From: Patescibacteria group bacterium
GTDB taxonomy: Bacteria > Patescibacteriota > Patescibacteriia > UBA10025 > JBIOWE01
DNA length: 64,000 nucleotides
Direction: 5' to 3'
Assembly: GCA_044868145.1 (NCBI GenBank)
Contig: JBIOWE010000006.1
Coordinates: forward strand, 14,558-78,557
Shown here in pieces: positions 54,069 to 63,946 of the stretch. The position numbers were made by a program, and so were the translations under genes. The first letter of the stretch is position 1. Every line of letters begins with the position of its first letter. The notes below the pieces were generated by a model, which saw nothing but the letters and a program-made list of their open reading frames with translations, had not been told where the DNA came from and did no database searches.

Positions 54069-55346
54069 ATGGAATTCCTGCAACTTTTCAAAAAACATTG
54101 GCGGAAAATAGTTAGACTAGTTTTAATCTTGGTCATCATTCTTGTGGGAGCAACTGTTATTTTCTCTCAGCTCAAAAAAACAGGTGAACTGCCACCCGCC
54201 CTTGAGAAATTTGTCACCGGCCGCAACCTAACGGTCGCAGAGCAAGAGGGCAAAAAATATACCAACGGTCGCTGCAGTGGAAATGACGTCAAGCAATTAA
54301 CTCATTCTCCTTTGGCTCCCGAAGATATCACCAATATTCTGCCTTACGGTGGGGTGGTAGGCGCTCACGTTATGCCAATCTCCCACGGCTATATTTGGCC
54401 GGGCAAAATGAACGATCCCCGTGATAAGTACAACGTTTATGCCATGGCCGACAGCACACTTTTTAGTATTTCCAGCCGCTCAGTGAACGTCGATACGGGT
54501 GAAGCGAAGCAGGCAGAATACCAACTACAATTTAGCATCAGCTGCGTGGAGTTTTACTATTACGATCTAATCACTAGCCTCACGCCCGAACTGCAAAAGT
54601 ACCTCGACGAACAACCTAGTCAGAGTCAATTCGGCAATAGTGTTTCCGTCAGCATTCCGATCAAAGGTGGCCAGCTGCTCGGTAAAATCGGCGGCCAGAC
54701 ACTAGATTACGCGGTTTGGGATTTCAACAAAACTTTAACGGGATACATTGTCCCTGAACACTACGAGGAAGACTTTCCCCGCATCCACTTGGTCAGTCCA
54801 TTCGATTATATGAACGATGAGATCAGGCAAACCCTGCTGCCGAAGCTTGCACGCGGCGCTGAACCGATTGAGGGCAAGGTTGACTACGACATTGATGGCA
54901 AACTGATCGGCGGATGGTTCATGGAAGGTTCCGGCAGCTATGGTGGTCTTCATCAAGGCAATGGTCGCTATTGGGCAGGTCATTTGGCCATTATTCCTGA
55001 TTATCATGATCCGACGTTTATGGGTATCTCGATTGGTACCTATATCCCGGAGCAAGAGGCCCAGTTTGCTATCTCGCGCGATGCGCCCGATCCAAGAAAC
55101 ATTGGCGTAGAGTCTGGTTTGGTGAAATATGATTTATATCAGGGCGACCACACCTTAAGTGACGGCGGTATGTGGGATCGTTTTACGCCAGTTAAAGACC
55201 TCAGAGGCAAGACCAACGGGCCGAGCCAGGGCTGTGCGGTGTTTCAGCTGACTGAAGCGCGTAAGCTCAGGGCAGAGTTCTTCCCAAAAAAAGCTTGCGC
55301 ACAAGTAGTCGGATTTACAGTGGCAGCAACGTTCTATGAACGATAA
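54069..55346 (+). CDS. Membrane-anchored protein, paralog family member 3
   Basis: Aligns throughout with 51990-53225 and 59992-61263 (AHVMPISHGYIWP, YAMAD, GGQLLGKIGGQTLDYAVWD, VDYDIDGKLIGGWF, GHLAIIP.YHDPTFMGISIGT). Confidence 0.5.
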   Translation: MEFLQLFKKHWRKIVRLVLILVIILVGATVIFSQLKKTGELPPALEKFVTGRNLTVAEQEGKKYTNGRCSGNDVKQLTHSPLAPEDITNILPYGGVVGAHVMPISHGYIWPGKMNDPRDKYNVYAMADSTLFSISSRSVNVDTGEAKQAEYQLQFSISCVEFYYYDLITSLTPELQKYLDEQPSQSQFGNSVSVSIPIKGGQLLGKIGGQTLDYAVWDFNKTLTGYIVPEHYEEDFPRIHLVSPFDYMNDEIRQTLLPKLARGAEPIEGKVDYDIDGKLIGGWFMEGSGSYGGLHQGNGRYWAGHLAIIPDYHDPTFMGISIGTYIPEQEAQFAISRDAPDPRNIGVESGLVKYDLYQGDHTLSDGGMWDRFTPVKDLRGKTNGPSQGCAVFQLTEARKLRAEFFPKKACAQVVGFTVAATFYER

Positions 55347-56046
55347 TATAAAACAAACAGTTTCTCCAAGGGTAACACCGCGCGTGCCCATGTCCAAGCA
55401 CCGCCTTGAAGCGTTTAGCGACGGTGTGTTTGCGATTGCTATCACCATTCTCGTTCTCAACCTGAAGCTGCCGGAGATCGTCAAAACCGCAAATCTCAAT
55501 CACGACTTGTGGCGCGCGATCGTTGACCAGTGGCCGCGGCTCCTCTCATACGCCATCAGCTTTGGGATCGTCGGGCTCTACTGGGTTGGGCATCACTTGA
55601 TGTTCCACTATATCCGGCACACTGACCGGATGTTTCTGTTTATCAATAATCTCTATTTGATGGTCATCGCATTCATGCCGTTTCCAGCGGCGCTTCTCGG
55701 GCAATACGGAACGACCCAAGCGGCGATCATCGTGTACGCGGCAACGTTGATCGTGGCCGGACAGTTGTTTAATGGCCTGTGGCGTTACGCCACGCGCCAC
55801 CACCGCCTGGTTGATCCGAATCTGTCTGACCGCGTTATTCGTTTAGTCAAGAAGATCATTTCCGTTGCGCCGGTCATTTACCTTGCAGCCATCGGCCTGT
55901 CGTTCATTAATCCGCGACTTAGCCTGATTATGTTTGTCATTACCCCGCTGCTCTACATCGTACCCGGACCAATTGACCGGCTGATGAGCGCGGAAGAAGA
56001 AAACTTACGCTCGAGCGGCAATAACTCGTCACCGCCCAGGGTATAG
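55336..56046 (+). CDS. DUF1211/TMEM175-family membrane protein (putative K+ channel family)
   Basis: RLEAFSDGVFAIAITILVL signature plus a second TM repeat. Confidence 0.7.
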   Translation: MNDNIKQTVSPRVTPRVPMSKHRLEAFSDGVFAIAITILVLNLKLPEIVKTANLNHDLWRAIVDQWPRLLSYAISFGIVGLYWVGHHLMFHYIRHTDRMFLFINNLYLMVIAFMPFPAALLGQYGTTQAAIIVYAATLIVAGQLFNGLWRYATRHHRLVDPNLSDRVIRLVKKIISVAPVIYLAAIGLSFINPRLSLIMFVITPLLYIVPGPIDRLMSAEEENLRSSGNNSSPPRV

Positions 56047-56051
56047 AACTT

Positions 56052-56124
56052 TTGACTTTTTTGCTTTGCTCGCGTACATTGTAAGTAATAAGCCTTTCCC
56101 AATTTCACGGAAGGTTTTTGTTTT
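56052..56124 (+). promoter_or_regulatory. Family F element: conserved promoter plus hairpin/T-tract (copy 1)
   Basis: TTGACT-N18-TACATT, then TAAGCCTTTCCCAATTTCACGGAAGGTTTTTG. Confidence 0.45.
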
Positions 56125-56126
56125 TC

Positions 56127-56263
56127 ATAGCTCTTACCGCCCCTCTGGGAATGTATGCGCTTGTACAAAGTCTGCAGAACTCCCCTCCTTATTAAGGAGG
56201 GGATGAGCGAACGACGCAGTTCAGTGTTGTGAGTTGGCCGGCGGGGAGGTGATGGGCAGTCCA
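56127..56263. repeat. Structured repeat, family A/B/C (copy C)
   Basis: ATAGCTCTTACCGCCCCTCTGGGAATGTATGCGC...ACTCCCCTCCTTATTAAGGAGGGGATGAGCGAACGACG...GAGTTGGCCGGCGGGGAGGTGATGGGCAGTCCA. Confidence 0.6.
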
Positions 56264-56354
56264 TTATCACATTCCGCAATCCAAACACTGACGAATTATT
56301 GACAGGAGCCTGTGAACACTGTATATTGACGACTCCAAGAGGGATTTTTTTATT

Positions 56355-58130
56355 ATGGAAATACGAAACATCGCCATAATCGCCCACGTCGACCACGGCA
56401 AGACAACCTTGACCGACGGTCTTTTGCGACAGACCGGCATGGTTTCGGATGAGAGCCGGAGCATGGACTCCAACGAATTGGAACAAGAGCGCGGCATTAC
56501 GATTTACGCGAAGAACGCCTCGATGGTGTACAAGGGCACGAAGATCAACATCGTCGACACGCCCGGCCACGCGGACTTCGGCTCCGAAGTCGAACGCGTT
56601 CTCCGGTCCATCGACTCGGTACTCCTTATCGTTGACGCCCAAGAAGGGCCCATGCCGCAAACGAAGTACGTTTTGAAAAAGTCACTCGATTTGGGTTTGC
56701 AGCCCATTGTTGTCATCAACAAGATCGACAAACCCGCGGCGCGCATCCCGGAAGTGGAAGAGATGGTCCTCGAATTGTTCATGGATCTTGGGGCGAACGA
56801 CGATCAGTTGGCCTTTCCGACTGTGTACGCGATCGGCACGCGCGGCGTGGCGATGCGCAAGCCAGACGATCCGCAAAAGGACCTGACGCCGCTCTTGGAC
56901 ACGATTCTTGAACGCGTCCCGATCGCCCCGCACGCGACGGACGTGCCGCTCCGCATGCAGCCATTCAATCTTGGATACGACGACTTCATTGGCCGGCTGG
57001 CAATCGGACGCATGTACGAGGGTCGGATGCGCGTCGGGCAGGCAGTGTTCGTCAAAGACACGAAAGGTCACTCCCGGCCTGGGAAAATTCGGAGCATCTC
57101 CACGTTCCACGGGTTCGAGCGTCAGACCGTAGACACCGCGGAGGCAGGCGACATTGTGATGGTCGCTGGCATTCCGGATATCGACATCGGCGAAACGATC
57201 TGCGACAGCGAAGACCAAAAGCCTCTCGCGGCGATTCACGTGGATGAGCCCACGGTCGCGCTTAATCTTTTGGTGAACGACTCGGTTTTTGCCGGACAGG
57301 ATGGGACGCTTCTGACGAACAGCCAGATCAAAGAACGGCTGGAGAAAGAGTTAGAGGTGAACGTCGGTCTGCGCATAGATTTTTCGGCGAAGGACGCGTA
57401 CCGCATTTACTGCCGCGGAGAAATGCACATCGCGATTCTCTTGGAGCAGATGCGCCGCGAGGGGTACGAAATGCAAGTGTCGCAGCCGCAGGCGATTGAG
57501 AAGGAAGCGGACGGGAAGCGTCTTGAGCCGTTCGAGGAAGTGACGATCGACGTTCCGAACGAGTTGAGCGGGGTCGTCATCCAAAAACTTGCCCGCCGGA
57601 AAGGCACAATGACGAGTATGCACGTCGGTGAGACGACCCGCATGGTGTTTACCGTTCCGACGCGCGGCCTGCTCGGCTATCGCGGCGAGTTCGTCGTGGA
57701 CACGAAAGGCGAGGGGATTATGGCGTCGCACGGACTTGGCTTTCGGGACTACGCGGGGACGATCGCATCACGCGAGACGGGTTCGATGATTTCCATGGCG
57801 TCGGGCAAGGCGCTTGCGTACGCGCTCTATAACCTGCAGGAGCGCGGCATGCTTTACATCGGCCCGAACGTTCCGGTCTATGAAGGCATGGTCATCGGGA
57901 ACACTTCAAAAGGAGATGACATGGCCGTCAATCCGACAAAGGGCAAGCAGCAAAGCAATATGCGTTCCTCCGGATCCGATGAAGCGATTCAAACCACCAC
58001 CCCGCTCCTCTTGACGATTGAGCGCGGCTTGGAAATCATGAAGGAGGACGAGTACCTCGAAATCACGCCGAAGAACATCCGCCTCCGCAAACAACTTTTG
58101 ACCGTAACAGAACGAAAGCGGGTGCGGTAG
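56355..58130 (+). CDS. typA: Translational GTPase TypA/BipA
   Basis: [34 protein letters not shown] and the full EF-G-like architecture. Confidence 0.9.
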   Translation: MEIRNIAIIAHVDHGKTTLTDGLLRQTGMVSDESRSMDSNELEQERGITIYAKNASMVYKGTKINIVDTPGHADFGSEVERVLRSIDSVLLIVDAQEGPMPQTKYVLKKSLDLGLQPIVVINKIDKPAARIPEVEEMVLELFMDLGANDDQLAFPTVYAIGTRGVAMRKPDDPQKDLTPLLDTILERVPIAPHATDVPLRMQPFNLGYDDFIGRLAIGRMYEGRMRVGQAVFVKDTKGHSRPGKIRSISTFHGFERQTVDTAEAGDIVMVAGIPDIDIGETICDSEDQKPLAAIHVDEPTVALNLLVNDSVFAGQDGTLLTNSQIKERLEKELEVNVGLRIDFSAKDAYRIYCRGEMHIAILLEQMRREGYEMQVSQPQAIEKEADGKRLEPFEEVTIDVPNELSGVVIQKLARRKGTMTSMHVGETTRMVFTVPTRGLLGYRGEFVVDTKGEGIMASHGLGFRDYAGTIASRETGSMISMASGKALAYALYNLQERGMLYIGPNVPVYEGMVIGNTSKGDDMAVNPTKGKQQSNMRSSGSDEAIQTTTPLLLTIERGLEIMKEDEYLEITPKNIRLRKQLLTVTERKRVR

Positions 58131-58183
58131 TTTCCCGTCTGAACGAACGGCATTTTTTTTATAAAAGAGTATACATTGCCTGG

Positions 58184-58253
58184 TTGACCTTTTCACTTTG
58201 CTCACGTACACTGGAGATAGTAAGCCTTCCCTAATTTTACGGAAGGTTTTTTT
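58184..58253 (+). promoter_or_regulatory. Family F element: conserved promoter plus hairpin/T-tract, immediately 5' of a GIY-YIG ORF (copy 2)
   Basis: TTGACC-N17-TACACT, then TAAGCCTTCCCTAATTTTACGGAAGGTTTTTTT-ATG. The 3' hairpin arm GGAAGG is the only SD-like sequence upstream of the ATG. Confidence 0.5.
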
Positions 58254-58568
58254 ATGCGACGTTATTACGTCTATATCATGACAAATAAAGTTAACACGGT
58301 GCTCTATATCGGGGTTACTTCAAATTTACAGTGGCGTGTATTTGAACACAGGCATAAGCTCACTAAGGGATTTACAGCTCGGTATAATGTGAATAAGCTG
58401 GTGTATTATGAGGGGTATGAATATGTGTGGGATGCAATTAGTAGAGAAAAGCAACTCAAAAACTGGCGACGTCAATGGAAGATTGATTTGATCAATACGT
58501 CTAATCCGCGTCTCAATGACCTGGCCCGTGAATGGTATGAGGGAGATCCTGAATCAAGTTTAGGATGA
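58254..58568 (+). CDS. GIY-YIG nuclease family small protein
   Basis: YYVYIMTNKVNTVLYIGVTSNLQWRVFEH... Confidence 0.7.
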   Translation: MRRYYVYIMTNKVNTVLYIGVTSNLQWRVFEHRHKLTKGFTARYNVNKLVYYEGYEYVWDAISREKQLKNWRRQWKIDLINTSNPRLNDLAREWYEGDPESSLG

Positions 58569-58712
58569 CAATCGTTAATATTCAGGGTGACGATAATGAG
58601 GTTCAGGATGACAATACGACACAACATTTGTCATTCCGGGCTTGACCCGGAATCTCAATAACTTGGAATGCAAATGGTATGAGATGAACACATTCCATGC
58701 TACACTAATGAT

Positions 58713-59957
58713 GTGAACACATCTCCGAAGGCAAACGGTTTTAACGGCCTGGGTATTGCTCCGCGCTTGCTCGACAGCCTTGACCGCCTGAAGTTTACCG
58801 AGCCGACGCCGGTTCAGCGCCGGTCTATTCCTATTGGCATTGAAGGAAAAGACTTGATTGCCATTGCCCAGACGGGCACGGGCAAAACGTTGGCATTCGG
58901 CATTCCTCTGATTCAGCGGTTGGCCCAGATGAAGGGCAAGGGGCTTGTGCTCGTGCCCACGCGCGAGCTGGCAATGCAAGTCGACGAATCGCTTCACGAC
59001 ATCGGGCGTTCTTTGGGTTTGCGTAGCGCGGTGCTCATTGGTGGCGCGTCCATGTTCCAGCAGCATCAGAGCTTACGGCGAAAACCCCACGTGATCATCG
59101 CGACGCCGGGCAGACTCTTGGATCATTTAGAGCAGAAAACGTTGAGCTTGTCGGACATCACGATGTTGGTGCTCGACGAAGCGGACAGAATGCTCGACAT
59201 GGGATTTGCCCCGCAAATTAAAAGGATTCTTGCGGCGGTGCCCACGAAGCGGCAGACCATGCTTTTTTCGGCGACCATGCCAAAAGCAATTATCGACATC
59301 GCGCACCGGCACATGGCAGTGCCGCTCCATGTGGAGATCGCGCGTTCCGGCACGTCGGTTGCCACCGTGACCCAGGAACTTTTTTTCCTTAACAGCGAAT
59401 CAAAAACCCGTCTTTTAGAAACGCTGCTCAAGCAATACCCGGGTCCTGTGCTCGTGTTCGTAAGAACGAAGCACGCGGCGCGCAGGCTTGCTCGCTACGT
59501 GCAGGAGATGGGGCACCGGGCCGCTGACATCCATTCCAACAGAAGTTTGTCGCAGCGTCGCGAAGCGCTTGAGGGGTTTAAGTCCGGGAAATACCGCGTG
59601 CTAGTGGCGACGGACATTGCGGCCCGCGGAATTGACGTAACCGGAATTGAGCTGGTCATTAATTTTGACCTGCCGCAGAGCCCAGAGGATTATATCCATC
59701 GGATCGGTAGGACCGCGCGCGCGGGGCGTGCGGGCAAGGCAATATCGTTCGCGACTTTTGACCAGCGTGGCGACGTGCGGAGCATCGAACGGTTATTGCG
59801 TAAAACATTGCCGGTGCGACCGTTACCCGTCTTACCGCCGGCGCGCATCGTCCATCATGCTCACCCAGGTGATCGCCGGCAATTCGATTCGCGCGGTCAT
59901 CGCAGCAAGAGCCATCGGCGGCCACAAGGAAACTTTCGCCGCAAGGGATCGTATTGA
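58713..59957 (+). CDS. DEAD-box ATP-dependent RNA helicase
   Basis: Q-motif PTPVQ, AQTGTGKT (motif I), DEAD (VLDEADRMLDMGF), SAT, and HRIGRTARAG (motif VI). GTG start. Arg-rich C-terminal tail. Confidence 0.85.
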   Translation: MNTSPKANGFNGLGIAPRLLDSLDRLKFTEPTPVQRRSIPIGIEGKDLIAIAQTGTGKTLAFGIPLIQRLAQMKGKGLVLVPTRELAMQVDESLHDIGRSLGLRSAVLIGGASMFQQHQSLRRKPHVIIATPGRLLDHLEQKTLSLSDITMLVLDEADRMLDMGFAPQIKRILAAVPTKRQTMLFSATMPKAIIDIAHRHMAVPLHVEIARSGTSVATVTQELFFLNSESKTRLLETLLKQYPGPVLVFVRTKHAARRLARYVQEMGHRAADIHSNRSLSQRREALEGFKSGKYRVLVATDIAARGIDVTGIELVINFDLPQSPEDYIHRIGRTARAGRAGKAISFATFDQRGDVRSIERLLRKTLPVRPLPVLPPARIVHHAHPGDRRQFDSRGHRSKSHRRPQGNFRRKGSY

Positions 59958-59991
59958 AGCAAAATAATTTCAGTAGTACAATAAAGGTGCA

Positions 59992-61263
59992 ATGAAAAAA
60001 AATATAATCATCGTCAGTCTAGCCGTCGTTATCGTTGGACTCATAGGGTATGTGGTCCTCAGCCAACGCAATACGAGTCCGGCAGGCACGACGAACCAAA
60101 CAACGAATTCGACGAGTAATACGAAGGGCACCGCGAATCAGTCGGATCAGCAGAAGGCCGCTGATCAGGCGGGAAAACAAATCAGCGGCGGACACTGCAC
60201 CGGAACCGACAAACCGAAATTAACGCACCTGCCCATGGACCCGGCAGACTTCGCTTTTATTTTGCCCTACGGATTGATGGTTGGCGGACACGTCACGCCG
60301 GTTGATCACCAATATTTCAGTCCGATTATTTTTGATTCACCGCCGAGCACGTACAACGTCTATGCCATGGCGGATAGTCAGTTGGTTGGCGTGCAAACCC
60401 GTACGCATCAGGGCCAAGGTCAAAATAAAAGTATCATGGTCACCGACTATCACCTCATTTTCAGTGTCAGCTGTCGTTTATTCTACTACTACGACCTCGT
60501 GAACAGTCTGGCGACGGGTTTGGAGGACGCATTCAACGACATGAATAACCATAATGGCGTGCATGTCACCTCTGGCCAACTCATCGGCAAGATTGGCGGC
60601 CAGACGCTCGATTTCGCGGTGTGGGACACCGAGAAACCGCTCACCGGCTTCATAGTACCGGAACACTACGCACGCGAATCGTGGAAAATCTACACGGCTG
60701 ATCCGCTTGACTACTATGCGGACGACATCAAAGCGGCTGCCTTGGCGAAGTATGTACGAACCGCTGAACCCTTGAGTGGCAAGATTGATTACGACATTGA
60801 TGGCAAACTCATCGGTACCTGGTTTAAGCAAGAAGCTAATGGGACAACGACTGGCTACGCCGGCACTGGCGAAAATGACTACTGGACAACGCATCTGTCA
60901 TTCTCCCCATACTTTCTCGACCCTTCTGGTTTTCTCATCTCCATAGGCAATTGGCCGAAGCCGGATGGCGCATCGCAATTCGCGTCAAAAGAGGACGGCC
61001 CGAACCCGGCTGACGTTGACGTGAGCACCGGCTTGGTGAAGTATAACTTGGTTCGGTTCGACGATTACAAAGCGAACGGTCAGCGGTGGGACAACATGAC
61101 TTTTCCCAATTCGCCGATTAGTTTGCATAAGCTCAGTTCTGTTGAAGGATGCATGTTGGCGCAAATGACGGACACCCGGACATTGAAAGCGGAAGCGTTC
61201 AACGGCAAGAATTGCAGCCTAGTGACCGGGTTTACGTCAGCCGCAACCATATATATACGGTAA
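59992..61263 (+). CDS. Membrane-anchored protein, paralog family member 4 (degenerate LytM/M23-like plus C-terminal domain)
   Basis: GHVTPVDHQYFSP, YAMADSQLVGV, GQLIGKIGGQTLDFAVWD, IDYDIDGKLIGTWF, THLSFSPYFLDPSGFLISIGN, DGPNPADVDVSTGLVKYNL. Confidence 0.5.
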   Translation: MKKNIIIVSLAVVIVGLIGYVVLSQRNTSPAGTTNQTTNSTSNTKGTANQSDQQKAADQAGKQISGGHCTGTDKPKLTHLPMDPADFAFILPYGLMVGGHVTPVDHQYFSPIIFDSPPSTYNVYAMADSQLVGVQTRTHQGQGQNKSIMVTDYHLIFSVSCRLFYYYDLVNSLATGLEDAFNDMNNHNGVHVTSGQLIGKIGGQTLDFAVWDTEKPLTGFIVPEHYARESWKIYTADPLDYYADDIKAAALAKYVRTAEPLSGKIDYDIDGKLIGTWFKQEANGTTTGYAGTGENDYWTTHLSFSPYFLDPSGFLISIGNWPKPDGASQFASKEDGPNPADVDVSTGLVKYNLVRFDDYKANGQRWDNMTFPNSPISLHKLSSVEGCMLAQMTDTRTLKAEAFNGKNCSLVTGFTSAATIYIR

Positions 61264-61561
61264 CCTAACATTGTCATCAAAAACGTTTATGGACCAAGAA
61301 ACAACACAAAAATTCGCCGAGCTCAATAAAAAACTCGACGACATCTATCGGTCAGCGGAACGGACCCGCAAAATATTCATGTGGACGCTCATTCTTGGGC
61401 TTGCCACAGTACTTCTTCCACTTATCGGACTTCTGTTCGTCATCCCGTCGTATTTGAATACGCTCAACGTAGAGAGTCTGATCAAATAAGAAAATGGCGG
61501 CTAACAGTAGTTGACGACATTTGATTGTATTGTTCTTTTAAAAAATTAAAGGAGGTGTAGT

Positions 61562-61822
61562 GTGGATCGTACACAAATTCTGGCGAAAGTCATAGAAATT
61601 GTGGTTGATGAACTTGACGCAGACCTTGAGAAAGTGACTGAGCAGTCAAGCTTTATGAACGATTTAGGCGCTGATTCCCTCGATTCGACAGAGCTCATCA
61701 TGAGGTTCGAGGATGCGTTCTCTCTCGAGATACCCGACGCGGACGCGCTAAAGATCACAACTGTTCGTGAGGCAGTTGATTATATTGAAACGGCGCTTAC
61801 GCAAAAAAATGGCAGCACGTAG
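61562..61822 (+). CDS. acpP: Acyl carrier protein
   Basis: LGADSLDSTELIMRFEDAF with the phosphopantetheine-attachment Ser. GTG start with an AAAGGAGG RBS. Confidence 0.8.
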   Translation: MDRTQILAKVIEIVVDELDADLEKVTEQSSFMNDLGADSLDSTELIMRFEDAFSLEIPDADALKITTVREAVDYIETALTQKNGST

Positions 61823-62094
61823 CGCACATTCTCCCTCAACCCCGAGTCGTTTGGCCCGGGGTTTTTCTTTCAACGAAGAATTGCGAATTGAAGAATTAGA
61901 GTATTGAAGAATTATAAATGCAAAGCCGCCTTGACGTCATTATTTGATTACAGTAGACTAAATGACAGAAAGCCTCCCCGAACATTTGGGGAGTTTTTTG
62001 TTCAATTATTAATTTCAATATTAAAGAATTAGAGGATTTCGAATGAACAATGAATAAATCCTGAATTCGCAATATTTAATTCGTAATTAACTAT

Positions 62095-62469
62095 ATGAAG
62101 TACAGAACATTTGAGGAATTGCCAATTTGGCAGGAAGCAATTCGTTTGACGCAGGAGATCTATTCCATGTCTGGTCAAAAATCATGGGGTTATGATTATG
62201 GTCTACGAGATCAGATACGCAGGGCGATGGTGTCCGTGAGCGCAAATATTGTTGAAGGATTTGAGAAGAATACTAATAAGGAGTTTATTCGCTATTTACG
62301 AATCGCCAAGGGCTCAATTGGGGAGGTCCGAAATCATTTTTATGTAGCAGAATCTTTGGGATATATTTCGAACAAAGAATTCAACGTAGTGAACCAAGAG
62401 CTGCTCACAGTAGCAAAACAAATTGGTGGATTCATCAATTATCTGCGTAAATTTAGATATCAAGAATGA
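62095..62469 (+). CDS. Four-helix-bundle protein (TIGR02436 / 23S rRNA intervening-sequence protein family)
   Basis: IWQEAIRLTQEIYSMS...DQIRRAMVSVSANIVEGF...EFIRYLRIAKGSIGEVRNHFYVAESLGYIS. Confidence 0.7.
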   Translation: MKYRTFEELPIWQEAIRLTQEIYSMSGQKSWGYDYGLRDQIRRAMVSVSANIVEGFEKNTNKEFIRYLRIAKGSIGEVRNHFYVAESLGYISNKEFNVVNQELLTVAKQIGGFINYLRKFRYQE

Positions 62470-62646
62470 ATGAAAGGATTGAATCTTCCTTGAATCCTTT
62501 AATCTTGAATCCGTAATTCTTGAATTATTGCTTAACTTAGCCAAAAATAATTTTCGAGTCTTGATTTAAATCAAAAAAGATAGTAGTATATGGGCGATTG
62601 TGGAAATCCACAATAGTGATTTTGGAGGAATTTTTGGCAACACTGT

Positions 62647-62907
62647 ATGCCTGAAGATCGTCGAAAAACATGGTGGCAAGCGCTGTCCCTGGCGGGCCAG
62701 CTTGGGTGGGTTATTGCTGTGCCCCTTGTTCTCTTCGCGGCTGTTGGTCAATTACTGGATAAACAACTCGATACATCGCCGTGGCTCCTGCTTGGCGGCA
62801 TCGGCGTGTCCATCCTCGTTTCAACCATAGGTCTCGTTTTCCAGTTTCAGCGCATCATTCAACAATATAACAAGGACAACAAAAACAACACGAAAAAAAT
62901 CGTATGA
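62647..62907 (+). CDS. Small membrane protein preceding atpB (AtpZ/AtpI-like; tentative)
   Basis: Two TM helices. Its position overlaps the atpB start. Confidence 0.4.
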   Translation: MPEDRRKTWWQALSLAGQLGWVIAVPLVLFAAVGQLLDKQLDTSPWLLLGGIGVSILVSTIGLVFQFQRIIQQYNKDNKNNTKKIV

Positions 62908-63644
62908 ACGTCTCGATCGCGGCTGAGCCCCTTTTCCATATTGGCAGTTTCCCATTTACGAACAGTTTGTTGGCCGCTCTTATCACGGTCATTTTTTTGA
63001 TTACCGTCGCTGCGGTGCTCCGTAGGAAAATTGCGCTTGTACCAAAGGGATTGCAGAACGTTGTTGAGCTATCGTTCGAAGGCGGCTTGGGGATTATGGA
63101 ACAAGTAACGCAAGACGCGAAGCAGTCGAGGAAATTTTTCCCGCTTGTTTTTACCATATTTATTTTCATTCTCGTCTCAAACTGGTTCGGGCTCATTCCG
63201 CTCTGGGGCCCTATTGGCCTCCGCGAAGTCCACGAGGCCAAGGACGTGTTCGTTCCTTTGCTGCGTTCCGCAAACAGCGATTTAAACATAACGCTCGCGC
63301 TCGCACTTATTGTATTGTTTACATTTCAATTTTTCGGCATTGCGTCTGTCGGTTTTTTTAAGTATGCCGGCAAGTTCATTAATTTCAAAGGCCCGTTAAA
63401 ATTCTTTCTTGGCATTCTCGAGCTTATTTCCGAAATCGCAAAACTGATTTCCTTGAGCTTTCGATTGTTCGGCAATATTTTTGCGGGAGAGGTGCTGCTG
63501 CTCGTTATGATGTTTCTTATTCCCTACGTTCTGCCTGTTCCGTTTCTCGTGCTTGAAGTTTTTGTCGGTGTTATTCAGGCGTTCATCTTTGCCATGCTGA
63601 CCATCGTGTTCCTGAAGATTGCGATGACCGAAGCACACCACTAA
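62904..63644 (+). CDS. atpB: F0F1 ATP synthase subunit a
   Basis: LSFRLFGNIFAGEVLL with the conserved Arg, and five TM helices. Confidence 0.85.
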   Translation: MNVSIAAEPLFHIGSFPFTNSLLAALITVIFLITVAAVLRRKIALVPKGLQNVVELSFEGGLGIMEQVTQDAKQSRKFFPLVFTIFIFILVSNWFGLIPLWGPIGLREVHEAKDVFVPLLRSANSDLNITLALALIVLFTFQFFGIASVGFFKYAGKFINFKGPLKFFLGILELISEIAKLISLSFRLFGNIFAGEVLLLVMMFLIPYVLPVPFLVLEVFVGVIQAFIFAMLTIVFLKIAMTEAHH

Positions 63645-63685
63645 TTTTTTTTCACTAATTATCACGAATTAATATTTAATAATAG

Positions 63686-63928
<243 letters not shown>

Positions 63929-63946
63929 TAACGGTCATTCACTCGT

